A stretch of 64,000 nt of DNA, from NCBI GenBank assembly GCA_963825865.1, contig CAWGVG010000005.1, positions 76,039 to 140,038 of the forward strand, in the 5' to 3' direction. A model generated the notes under the pieces. It was not told where the DNA came from. It saw only the letters and a program-made list of their open reading frames with translations, and ran no database searches. Origin of the DNA: an uncultured Nitrososphaeraceae archaeon. Its GTDB lineage: Archaea; Thermoproteota; Nitrososphaeria; Nitrososphaerales; Nitrososphaeraceae. Of the stretch, positions 1 to 10,898 are shown one piece after another; position 1 is the first letter of the stretch, and the number at the start of each line of letters is the position of its first letter. Made by a program: the position numbers and the translations under genes.

Positions 1-978
1 TCCTCACCATACAGGTCGAGGTCACCAAAATAGCGAACATAGATTTCCTTGTCTGGATGGTCATCTGCAAACTCCTTCAGCCTTACACAATTCAGGTAAG
101 CAAAAGTCAGGCTGCTGAACCCATGATTCAGTATTATCCTAACGTTTCTGCCGTCCAGGACCTTTCTGAATTTCTTACCGAGTCCAGCCTCCTCAATCCA
201 CACTTCGACGTATTTGGGTTGCGCATACCATTTACCAGGTGGACTGCCTTCTTCACCTGGAATACATTTACCGTCATAACGTGAAGGCGCATATTTAACA
301 TCCTCAATTGCATTGTCGATATATTCATCAGGATCTTGAGGATTTTCTGGTTCTGTAGGATCTTCAGGTCCAGAATCATCATAATCATCCAATACTTCCC
401 TACCACTTCTGTTATCTTCAAAACAATCAATAGGTAATTGCGGATAATGTTCCCAGCCAGGCGGGCAATATATTGAGTTCTCTAGCACGGACCGTGTATT
501 TAATCAGGCTCTTGTAATCTTTAGTTTTGTCCAGCAGCTTCAGTGAGTCGAGCCGATATAGCAAAGTTCTAATCATCGGCTTAAATCCCTCTGAGTCGTA
601 GAATGGTAAGTCTACATCTCGTATGTGTTTGATAATCTTAAACCATTTGCCATTCTCTATATGATTGCGCCATTTTGGATTATCTACCATACTCATGATG
701 CTATTGTCTAGAACGCCGTTGCGTGGGTCCTTTGCTAACCGTTTTAGATATCGACGTACGGTAGTAGGTGGAATACCTGTTACCCTGCTAATTTCGCGTG
801 CGGATTTTCCTGCCCTATTCATTTCCAGTATTATCTTCAGATAATCTTGATAGCGGCTTCCCTTTAGTGGTGGCGGCGCAGGTGGCGGTGCTACAGGTGG
901 CTCACCTTCTGTTGCTGGTGGTGCTGGTGTTGTTGTTGTTGTTGGTAAATCGATATCATCGGCAGAAGAATTGTCCAT
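1..978 (-). CDS. HTH-fused Topo VI-A/Spo11-like (Mini-A-type) WHD-Toprim protein; one frameshift near 460; runs off the window edge
   Basis: ORF 427-978 has an HTH (SAREISRVTGIPPTTVRRYL) then a WHD-like RTLLYRL...YKSL..YTVRARE. A +1 shift continues LPIDCFED...QPKYVEVWIEE...HGFSS...VRYFGDLDLYGE (Toprim E and DxD), open to base 1. Confidence 0.65.
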
Positions 979-980
979 TA

Positions 981-1274
981 TCAGGCTGCCACCTCTAGAT
1001 TATCCTGTTTTGTTTTGTGCTTGTGTTCTCGACCAGTGAAATAATCTCGAATTATCCATCTTGCTACGTCGTTTGTACCATCTGAGCGTACTCTACCGAG
1101 AACCTTTTCAAATGTTATAGCCCCGTGTGGCCATCCATTAGATCTGCAAATCCTGTAATTTTTTAATTGCCAGTTATTCAGATCCCCCGAGGCAGCACCG
1201 AATTGCTCTATTATCTGGTGCAAAACCTTATGAGTAGGATCAGAATTACTATTTCTTGTAATCATGATCAGCAA
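981..1274 (-). CDS. Hypothetical protein (mobile element)
   Basis: ORF packed head-to-tail with its neighbours on the - strand. Confidence 0.55.
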   Translation of the reverse strand: MLIMITRNSNSDPTHKVLHQIIEQFGAASGDLNNWQLKNYRICRSNGWPHGAITFEKVLGRVRSDGTNDVARWIIRDYFTGREHKHKTKQDNLEVAA

Positions 1275-1596
1275 CTCCTGCTTGGTATGATTGCGTCTTC
1301 AAAACCTGGTTCTGGTGTGGGGTGGTATCCGCACCGCTTTTTACAATAACGTTATCAACAGTTAGGAAAAGGTGGTTATCTCTATGGCGGATCTTGTCTG
1401 CTTGGATTGGAGGTTGATTTGGCGGCCTCTCAACCTTTTGTTGATGTCTAGCGTCTCTGCATTCAATGATTATTGATTCCGAAATAGTATCTGTATAGAA
1501 TATTGGACACGGATCACACAGGCACTTTGTGATTATGATATACCGTTGTTGTTTTGGATTGCTTTTAATAGCTAGATTGCGGGTATCTTTATTCAC
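1249..1596 (-). CDS. Hypothetical protein with Cys/His cluster (CLCDPC...C...H)
   Basis: ORF track; first gene of the - strand cluster. Confidence 0.5.
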   Translation of the reverse strand: MNKDTRNLAIKSNPKQQRYIIITKCLCDPCPIFYTDTISESIIIECRDARHQQKVERPPNQPPIQADKIRHRDNHLFLTVDNVIVKSGADTTPHQNQVLKTQSYQAGVADHDYKK

Positions 1597-1899
1597 CGAT
1601 TCTATCGGAATGGGGGTTATTGCTGCCTTGGGGGTCCAATCCTAGACAGCACCTCCATTATTTTTATTCTTCGGATTGACACTTAATGATGTCCTGCAGT
1701 GTGGACATGAACACACAAATTGGTTTCTGCCTGTATAAAGCCAGACATGTCCACACCTTCTACATATCATTTCTCTTGCTTCTTTTTTTATGGTAACAAT
1801 TTTTGTTGACATGTTGTCTGTCAGTAGGCTAATAAGAGGTTGGTATTAGCTAACTATCATTAGATACCTACAAAGATGTAGACTGAGATGGAGATGGAA

Positions 1900-2468
1900 G
1901 AATAGAGACAAGAGCAAGAAGGGTACTTTGCCCTGTCTGTGGTGAATACGGCTTTTTAACTAAAAGGTGGGTAGAAAGTAGCTACTATCCTAGGTTTGTT
2001 AGTTATGATATTATGATGATGGAAGAATATGCCAGAGGTTTAGAGAAACATCCAAATAATGTTGAATTAAAGAGGTCATATCAAGTCTGGAAGCAAACGA
2101 TTAGAGGAAATGTATATCGTGGTGAATCCAAAAAATGTGTTGCGGACCTATCTCCAATAGTAGAACAAGATAAGGAAACGCTCTATAGGGTCACATATGG
2201 TAGATATAATCATTATTATATTGGCCATTATAGTTCTGAAAAATATCAACTACAGATGCAAGATTACAAAATGCATAAGAGAAAGTCAAGGCCCAACGGA
2301 AGAAAGTGGTGTCATCTTCAGTCAGATAGTTGTCATTTGTATCCGAATCAGCCTTCAAGAAGAGAATTTTATCTTGATTCATTACCGAAGGGCTGTTTGA
2401 TTGCATACTGTGACATAATAAAACACAGAATAAAGAAAGGTGACTATTGGTCACCCACTATCGATTAG
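1900..2468 (+). CDS. Hypothetical Zn-ribbon protein (start approximate)
   Basis: Frame of ORF 2013-2468 is open upstream through VLCPVCGEYGFLTKRW (from 1923); YYIGH and KWCHL motifs downstream. Confidence 0.55.
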
Positions 2469-3877
2469 TTCTTTCTTCACCGACAACAGGTTTTAGAATC
2501 CCAGACGAAAACAATGATTGTGTTACGTTATTGAGTTGCTGCCTAATCTGTCGTCTTTGACAAACCTGCAATTAATTTCTCAAACATTGACTGCATACTG
2601 TTAAATCTTTCCTCCATTGCTCTAAATTTGATATCTTCAGCAGCCTTGATTTCATCAAAAGCAGATGGAACTAATGGATAACTACATTTAGAGCAATATT
2701 TGTTTTCTATTGCATTGACTAAACTACACCTAGGACAGTTCAGAACTGATGGTCTTTTCTCTATCTGTTGTTCTGAAATAATACCATTCTCAACGAGTAT
2801 CTTTTGCTTTAAATCATTTCCCATTCTTCTTTTAATATATCTAGCACCCTGTTTTGAATTCATAGACCATCTGACCTTCTTCTTTAAAGCATACTCCGGA
2901 AGATAATCAGAATCGGCAGTAATTGCAGAATGCCTAATACAATACGGATTCCACTTCTTGGTTTTTAACAAATAATCAATTTTTTCCCTTTCATTTGTAT
3001 CTTTTACTTCACCATTTTGCAATAGCCTAGTCATCCTCTTCCTTAATTCTTTCATCATATTCCACAATGCTTTCGGCTTTAATGGGGAACCGTTACGCAA
3101 GTTACAGATCAGTTTAGCGTTCGGTTCGTTTCTGAAAGGATGCTGATTCAGCCAGTCTCTCACATAGGGAAACGAACATGTTAACAATACAGGACCTGCG
3201 CCTGTCTTTGCCTCATGGGGGATTTCTCCTTCTCCATACTTTTCCCTCAACCGGATATGTTTAATTTTCAGTAAGGTGATTTCATGCGGCCGTGCATCCA
3301 GATCCCACATTAAAGTTAATATCGCTTTATTTCTTGCGTAAGGTTCGTATTTAATCAGAGTTAATAGTTCGTCTCGCTCCCATAGTTCCGTTTCAGCATA
3401 TGGACTAATGCGTTTAGTAGCTTTTTGCTTGATTTTAACAAAATCTGGAGTGCTCCACTCGCGTTCTGATAAGATCTCAGGTATATATACTTCAGAATGT
3501 GAGTATTTCTGCTTATGAGCATTATGTAACCACCTAAAAAAGAGTCTTATTCTATTTAGATAATGATTCCACGTGGTAATCCATTTTTTATCTGGATCGT
3601 GTTGATCATCCTTGATCTTTGTATTTAGAAAAGATGTAATTTGGTCTTTCATGGTTATTTCGTAAAATCCTTCGGGTCCAAGGAATCGAGTAAAGTCGAT
3701 AATTACCTTGAGATTATTAATTTGATGATTTTCCGAAGAACCCTTGTCTCGCATATATCTATAGAAATCCATAATTATCGATGCATTGTTCCTATTGTGA
3801 AGAGAATCAACTTTACCTACCAGCGTAGAAAGTTTTATTGACATTGCTCTTCCTTCGTTTCTCCTTTTTAAATCCAA
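2458..3877 (-). CDS. Tyrosine recombinase/integrase with C-terminal double Zn ribbon
   Basis: DARPHE, AKTG, YCIRHS, VRWS, ARY catalytic-type motifs; CPRC...CSKC; the tail probably continues QQLNNVTQSLFSSGILK to 2458 after an indel near 2543. Confidence 0.9.
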
Positions 3878-3998
3878 CTACGTTCCCGTGTAGCATCTGT
3901 ATCTACAATCCCATCTTTTCTCAATATATGTTTACGAGCTTCTAGTTGCAAGACACCTATTATAATTAAAGTTTCAGTATATGAATTCGTATACATAG

Positions 3999-4127
3999 TG
4001 CGGTCACCGGGATTTGAATTCCCGCTCAATCCCTTATATGGGATAGAGTCCCGGGTTACGGGCTGACCCCGCATTATATGTAAATGCATGGAAGGCCAGT
4101 GTCCTTACCAAACTAGACGATGACCGC
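3999..4127 (-). tRNA. tRNA-Gly(TCC) with two introns (37/38: 4065-4088; 53/54: 4019-4049)
   Basis: GCGGTCA/TGACCGC acceptor stem; removing both BHB-bounded introns restores CT-TCC-AA and CCGGG-TTCAAAT-CCCGG. Confidence 0.92.
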
Positions 4128-4197
4128 TGTCTACATACTAGCCGAGCATGAGATGGATATTAAATCTTAGCGATCTAATACGGAAATGAAGGAATAA

Positions 4198-4764
4198 TTA
4201 TTTTTCTTCAGGGAAGATGTAGTTGAGCAGCATATCGATTGCCTTATCTTTTGCCTTTCTTTTGTAGTATTCTATGCTCTTTTTTGGAATGTCCAATGCC
4301 TTTTCTTTCTCAACTTCATCGACAGGTCGATGATCTAAAGCACCTTCAAATTGAACTCTATATCCCTTTAACTTAGATGCTACCACAGAATCGTAAACAT
4401 CCCTAAGCCAAACAGAACCGATAAAGTAAATATAAGGTGGATTAATATTGGGTTTAATAGCATCTACTACATGGTCAAATGTCTGTTCCACATTTTCTGA
4501 AATATAGTCTATCGCAATTAATTTTTTTTCAATTCCTCCATTTACCAAATGTTTCCTTATGTTTTCAGCGGATTTTTCATTTGCAACAACTACGATCGCG
4601 GTTTTATGCTTATCAGGTTTTGACTGCATAATAATTCTAAAAGCATCCATACATACCTTTACTCGCTCCTTTATATAATCAGGTAACATTCCATCCATTG
4701 ATTTTCCTGTGTGTATAGCATAAAGTATGATCAGATTTCCGTCCGTAAAGTGGTATTCAGACAT
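4198..4764 (-). CDS. Conserved-type thaumarchaeal hypothetical protein (DUF218-like)
   Basis: 188-aa ORF with alpha/beta pattern. Confidence 0.65.
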   Translation of the reverse strand: MSEYHFTDGNLIILYAIHTGKSMDGMLPDYIKERVKVCMDAFRIIMQSKPDKHKTAIVVVANEKSAENIRKHLVNGGIEKKLIAIDYISENVEQTFDHVVDAIKPNINPPYIYFIGSVWLRDVYDSVVASKLKGYRVQFEGALDHRPVDEVEKEKALDIPKKSIEYYKRKAKDKAIDMLLNYIFPEEK

Positions 4765-4929
4765 AAATGTCCATGGTAGATCATCACAGGTTCACATATA
4801 TAGATTCACTGAAGATAAAATATTGTTTCTGTCTGTGGATTACCGGAAAATAATAATGAGTGGTTTTAACTCGAAGCTATTTGCAAATCATAGATTATAG
4901 GAGGAATGCGATATTTAAGGGAAGATAGA

Positions 4930-5265
4930 CTACCAAGATGTCACTTTTTTTGGAGCAGATAATAGTCTTTCCAGTTCATCTAATCTCTGTACATTCTCTG
5001 GATTGATACGCAACTCTGAGAAAGATTTGTCAAGCCTAATTTTATGCATGACTGCCAAAACTTCTTCTATACTTACACCATGTTTTATATCGTATTCTAT
5101 CTGTTTGGCGCAACTTGAGATGGTACTATACTTTTTAAAATTACGTTTTTCGAATGCCGACGCATCAGGAGAAATACCTTTTATATAACGGATAATAACT
5201 TTTTCAACATGTTCTAAATGCCAATCCTTCATTGCAAAATTATTGGATTTCATAAATACTCTCAA
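4930..5265 (-). CDS. Hypothetical protein
   Basis: ORF with natural composition (MKDWHLEHVEKVI...). Confidence 0.7.
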   Translation of the reverse strand: MRVFMKSNNFAMKDWHLEHVEKVIIRYIKGISPDASAFEKRNFKKYSTISSCAKQIEYDIKHGVSIEEVLAVMHKIRLDKSFSELRINPENVQRLDELERLLSAPKKVTSW

Positions 5266-5862
5266 CTTCCTTTACAAAAAATGGATATTTAAATTGATAT
5301 ATGCAAAGGATATGTTATCGAAAAAGATGCATAAGGGTTTCAATTCAAGACTGCAAGCATTATATGTAATATTCTCATAGTATTTTTAAATCAATGATAT
5401 TTTACGCCGCAGATGAGATATGGCTTTGTTATAAAAAATGCAATGGCATTGATCTTCAAAGCCGATAAGAGTAAATCATTGGAACATACAGATAAACATG
5501 CATATCTATCTAAATATGCTTTATCTCTGTCGGTGTGTATGGAACTCAAGTAAATATTATATCCCGAATCAGTTTGAAATATTTTAAAAAAGTGCAAACT
5601 ATTGATGAACGTTAAGATTATAATAAACTCAATATTTTATTTGAAAAATAGTCTGAATTAAGAATTTGTCGTAAAACCTTTAACAAATTATATAAAATAC
5701 AATCAGTATAATAGTTTGCATAAGAGTCAAAATGCAAAAACGATGTAACTAACGTAGCAGGTGATCGTTCTTTACCTCTAAATAATAAAAAATTAAATTT
5801 TCAGTCTTTAAGTAAATAAAATAATATAGAAATCATTTTACTACTCTCATCGCTAATAATAA

Positions 5863-6348
5863 TTATCCTCGTATTGCCTGCCCAAAGTTTATTTTCACTT
5901 TGAGTTCATTTGAAATCGGCATTGTCTTGTCGGCATTCGTAAATTGCACAACTGCTGTTACATTTTGTACCTTGTTCTCCAAATTGGTTGCAAGCGTCTC
6001 TGTACCAGAGCTATTAGCAGTAAACCCTCCTTTAAATGAAGATGTTTTTATCAAAGTTCCATTAAGAATATATACTCTCATCAAAGCATTTACGGTTTGA
6101 TTTACAATTGAAGGGTCAGAAACAGTATAATTTACACGTACTTTGATCTGGTGTGTCTGGTTGGAAGTTGTAGAGGCGAAATGAGCATTATCTAAGGTCA
6201 GGAAAACTTGATTTGCTGGGGGATCCGCAGATATATTATGCAATAATGCTGATGGCAATATAGTTAGATCTAATATTGCAAATGTCATTGCCATTGTAAA
6301 CAAAAGAATTGTTCGGAAAAACAAAGTGCTTTCCTTAATTTTGTTCAT
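5863..6348 (-). CDS. Secreted/surface hypothetical protein
   Basis: Hydrophobic N-terminal signal, beta-rich body, many N-x-S/T sequons. Confidence 0.75.
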   Translation of the reverse strand: MNKIKESTLFFRTILLFTMAMTFAILDLTILPSALLHNISADPPANQVFLTLDNAHFASTTSNQTHQIKVRVNYTVSDPSIVNQTVNALMRVYILNGTLIKTSSFKGGFTANSSGTETLATNLENKVQNVTAVVQFTNADKTMPISNELKVKINFGQAIRG

Positions 6349-6644
6349 TACAACATTTCATCTCCCCAATAGCATAAAGACAATACAATTTGAGTGTTTT
6401 GACAATTTTATAAAAGAAGGTTAGAGGTCATAGTATAACGTCAGTTAATATATATATATATATATATATATATTCACAATTAGGAAGAAGAAAAAGCGGA
6501 GGAAAATAGAATAGATTTATGAATCCATAATACATCGGTCATTAGACAGATAAACATCTACGAACTAAAAACGGGATTTGCTCTTCAACTCTCATATTCA
6601 AAAGTACAATTAGGGCGAAATGCATAGTAAATATGGAGTAATTC

Positions 6645-7695
6645 TGCATTGGTGCATAATTCGACCATACTATGTGACATCGGTTTCACAATCTATTTTT
6701 TTCTACAACGAACATAGTGTATAACGATGCTTTTAGCATCATTTCCTTGACTATGTTTGGAAATTTCTTTGCAGATACATATACTCTACAAACATCCTTT
6801 TCAAGTAAGAGAAAATGCTGTTTCAGCAGCCGTCCATCGAGATCCACATCTAACTTTAGCCTTCCATTTTTCAAAATTCTTTTGCTACTGCCTGCTGATG
6901 CTGCAGTACGACTATTTTTTTCGTGGATGGCAACAAACTATTGATCTATCATATGTAGAGTTTTTTCCTTACCTTGATTGAAGCTTCAATATCGTTATCG
7001 GAAAGATATTGAAAATTCTCTTTACTATCATCATATGCTCCATCTGCAATTACTCTTTTCAGAGTATTATTATTTTCTGAAGCATTATCTATCATTTTTT
7101 TTCTTTAACCTACTACCGTCATCTACCTCTTCGCTTGTAACATCGAGTGAAACAATTTTCTTTTTCCTGATATCTATAGCTACTACATGTATTTTCAGGT
7201 AACCTTTTTTTCTTACATTCCATTTATGAGGCAGCCACTCTCCTCTGTTAGTTACCTTTATTCCAGCACTATCTAATACTATGACAATATCATTTCTCTA
7301 TTCTTTCATTAATTTTGATATCCAGTTGGTTTACTCGTCTGTTTATTGTACTGTAATCTGGAATGGATGATGGTGCTATCTCACCTGCATGTGCTCTTAC
7401 TACATCTAATCTGTCTATAAGGTAGGTAGATGAAAGTATACTCGCATATAACCAACTAATTGAACGAATGAATCGGGGTATCATTATGATGCACCTTCTT
7501 TACTATCATATCCATCCTATTTAGCTCACTATTCCAATTGTCAATGACATCAAAATCGAGTATACTATTTCACCACCTCTTGCCAGTGATTCGTTATAGA
7601 TACACCAGTTAACCACTAGACAACACCATAGTATGTAAGCTAAATGCGAATAGGTCAAACGATATCAACAGAACAGCAAGTTATGCAACAATGAA
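6645..7695 (-). mobile_element. IS5-family (IS903-group-like) element with degraded transposase
   Basis: Imperfect TIRs TGCATTGGTGCATAA / TTCATTGTTGCATAA; 9-bp direct repeat GAGTAATTC at 6636-6644 and 7696-7704; fragments IPDYSTINRRVN, DSAGIKVTNRGEW, YVSAKKF. Confidence 0.85.
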
Positions 7696-8166
7696 GAGTA
7701 ATTCCATCGCTATCCACACGGGATGATTACTAGGCAACTGCAGTTTAGATTGCTTTTATTCATGAACATAACAGTATAAGACATAGATTTAACAAGTACA
7801 CAACGGCTAATGCGACTAAACGAAGTATCCATGGCAGATAGCACTATCAGTTATTAGTGTCTGTTGTTTTTTTGTCAGTCTTATATGTGCACATTACCAG
7901 CTCATACTCCGGTACAGCAGTGTAATACCAATCATCCTTTTTTTATTTATTGTCTATTTTATCATATTTATATACAAAGAATTAATATGTTGAGCTAATC
8001 AATCGCATAGTTGTTGGATTCAAGGAAAAGTACATGGACTTTTCGAAGAATAACGGGGCCATTTCGTAACTCACTATTAGAAATCTAATATGTTTTCTAC
8101 TGTAAAAATAAAACAGAATCAAATTATAAACCCTGATACTCTAATGGAATAAAGGTATATATTAAA

Positions 8167-9133
8167 ATGGATTATATCGAAGGACATCTAGAATCAATAA
8201 GCAATAATGGCTTGTTGTGGATAGATATCCAAAAACCTACTCGCGATAAGATGATTATGCTTGCACAGAAGTATACCTTACATGAACTAAATGTTGAAGA
8301 CTGTCTATCCAAGATTCAACTCCCTAAAATAGACAGACACGAGGACTATGTATTCATTATACTTCATTTTCCTACTATAGAGAAAGACAAAAGCTTAGCT
8401 AGATTCAGCCAATTATCAATATTTGTAGGAATGAACTATCTAGTAACAGTGCATCAAGGAGATCTTAAACCCATAATGGAGATGTTTCAGCTCTGTAAGC
8501 AAACTGATAAACAACGCCAAGCTGTTATGGGCAAGTCCCCTGGTTACTTACTCCATAGCATCATCGATGTATTGGTAGACGATCTTCTACACATATTAAT
8601 GAAAGTAGTAGGTAACCTTGACGATATAGAGGATTCAGTATTTGATGATAGAAAATCAGACGCCAAGACAATTTCTCTTTTAAGAAGAGAGATAACAACC
8701 CTTCGACGTATCGTTATTCCACTTAGAAGAACAGTATTGGAGATGACCAAAGACATACAGAAGTTCTCTGAAGAAGACCTTCGGCCATATTTTGCTGATG
8801 TAGAGGACCATATTGAAAAGATTTTGGAAACATTGGAAGAATCAAAAGAGACTATAGAAATCTACAAGGATACAGACTTTATGCTCAGTACCTGAAAAAT
8901 CTAATAAAATTCTTGCAGTTCTCACAATCCTCTTCACTCTTTCTATTCCAGCTACAACAATAGCTACCATCTATGGAATGAATATTGAATTGCCGGGGTC
9001 TATTGGTCATCCTTGGACATTCCTCGGTCAGTATACGACCTTGATCTTGGTATTGCTAGCATCCATAATATTAGCTTTATTGATAATCGGGTACTTTCGT
9101 CGTCTTGGATGGATTTCTCGACCTGTCTCGTAG
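8167..9133 (+). CDS. corA: CorA-family Mg2+/Co2+ transporter (frameshift near 8892)
   Basis: LLWIDI, HELNVEDC...PKIDRHED; the shifted frame gives the TM region with YGMN signature and stop at 9133. Confidence 0.9.
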
Positions 9134-9494
9134 GAACCCTACAAGCTTAAGGTCAAGTATCACAGTATACTCTATCAGAAGATCTGCCAGATAGGGCACA
9201 CGAGGTTCGGAAGCTTTGGATAAAACTGGTATGTTACAATAAACGTAAAATATCAATATGCGAAGTTTCGTGTTAATACTGACATATAAGAAGGTACATA
9301 CCTTTAATCAGTTCAATACCCTACCTGAAGAATTGGTTAAAAATATCTACATCGCAAACCTATCTTTTCTTATCGCAATTCTGTTGGGAGAAGCTTTGAA
9401 TTTTAAATATCCCCCTACGTTTGTCTAATTTACTACAAGTTATCTAAAATATAGCTTTTATTATAGATGTATCGAAGATATGTCATCGTGAGGT

Positions 9495-9770
9495 TTGTGT
9501 TATATGGTTAATCTGTTTAAGCGGTGGAAACCAAAAGGGAAAATGTATAGTCTAAGATGTTCCCAATGTGAATCTGGTTTTCTCTGTAGCTTTAATCTTG
9601 ATGCACCAATCTGCGGGAAGTGTTTACAAAAGGCAAAATCTTTGGATTCTACTATAGATCATGAGAAGAAATGTATTAAATGTGGCAAGACTGGAGTGAT
9701 ATATGGCAAACAACATTGCTATCCTTGTTACTTTGGATTTGAAAAAAATAGTAGTCAATTCATCTTATAA
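9495..9770 (+). CDS. Small Cys-rich (Zn-finger) protein
   Basis: Four CxxC motifs in 91 aa. Confidence 0.55.
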   Translation: MCYMVNLFKRWKPKGKMYSLRCSQCESGFLCSFNLDAPICGKCLQKAKSLDSTIDHEKKCIKCGKTGVIYGKQHCYPCYFGFEKNSSQFIL

Positions 9771-9968
9771 CGTTGTTGTGTATCTAAGAATTCCTCAACA
9801 GACAAAGGTTATGAGAATCTGCCAATGATTTATTGTGTGAATGAAAATCTAAAAAATACATCTTTCTAACTAGACATGTTTTTCAGACACTTATCACATT
9901 GAGTCACTAAAATACTGGAGAATTTTATGTTAAATCATATTGTTTTAAATTAACAGGAGTAATGAATG

Positions 9969-10111
9969 TGGGGCCGAAGGGATCTATTCTGACACGGTTT
10001 GTAACCGTAGTCAATTGAACCCTTGATCCACGGGTTTCTTCTTGGTCTAATAACTAGCCCTCATTTTTTAGATCTGGAGCCCGTTGCGATGCCTGGCTTC
10101 GCTACGACCCC
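9969..10111 (-). tRNA. tRNA-Trp(CCA) with two introns (37/38: 10036-10073; 58/59: 9984-10014)
   Basis: GGGGTCG/CGGCCCC acceptor; ACGGG-CTCCAGA-CCCGT anticodon arm after splicing; T-loop intron bounded by a BHB. Confidence 0.92.
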
Positions 10112-10898
10112 CGTATAGCAACGCGTTAAGGATATCTGCGAATATGTGTATAAGTCTTGCTCTGAGTAAATTATAGCTCATTTAACATCTATTAACCTTG
10201 AGCTCATTTGAGTAATTGTTGCCCTCGGCCCTTAGCACAATAGTACCTTTATTCGTATCTATAAGATGTGTGGATACCCGACCAAATTTATAGATGTTAC
10301 AAAGGTAAATATAGTTTGAGTGGAATTTAGTCAAGAAGATGATCAAATTATAATTCCTGAAATTAATATTAAGTCATGCCCTAGATGTAAACTAAATAAT
10401 ATAGTAAATATAAGACATAATAAATAAATAAATAAAAATATTCAAAGATTCTGTTACAATGACTGTAGTAAATGGTTCTTTATAAATCTCGACTTTGGAA
10501 AGACATATGTCTCTCCCAGAGGTTACTTCTTCAATGTGGATATAATTTACTGGCGAATCATTAGAAATGTTCATGTTTTTCGTTAAATTATATAATAATA
10601 TTTGTCAAGTTACCAAAATACAACTTATAATGACAAAACTAGACAAGCAACTTCGTAGAATACAATCGTAGACGCAGATTATTCATCTAATAGGTTTAGC
10701 GAAACAATAGCAGATATTATTAACGATGTCATAGAAGAAAAATATCCAACAATTTTAAAGCTTTTTAATCTGACGAAGACTTGACAAAACCCTTGTATTA
10801 AACACCATATTTAACATACCTGGGCTATTAGTTAATTCAACAGTAACAAAGGGGATTTAACCATCAACTTAAATACAAGAAAAAAACAATCAACGTCG

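Larger units (their letters stand above)
1..3998. mobile_element. Integrated mobile element at the tRNA-Gly 3' end (other boundary outside the window)
   Basis: Tyrosine integrase directly downstream of the tRNA 3' end, followed by small MGE-type ORFs; second att site not visible. Confidence 0.75.

Noticed and set aside
134-430. 98-aa ORF in the track
   Set aside because: Wrong frame; the overlapping frame carries the Toprim motifs
3868-4089. 73-aa ORF upstream of the integrase
   Set aside because: Overlaps tRNA-Gly; no sign of an SSV-type split integrase since the catalytic ORF is complete
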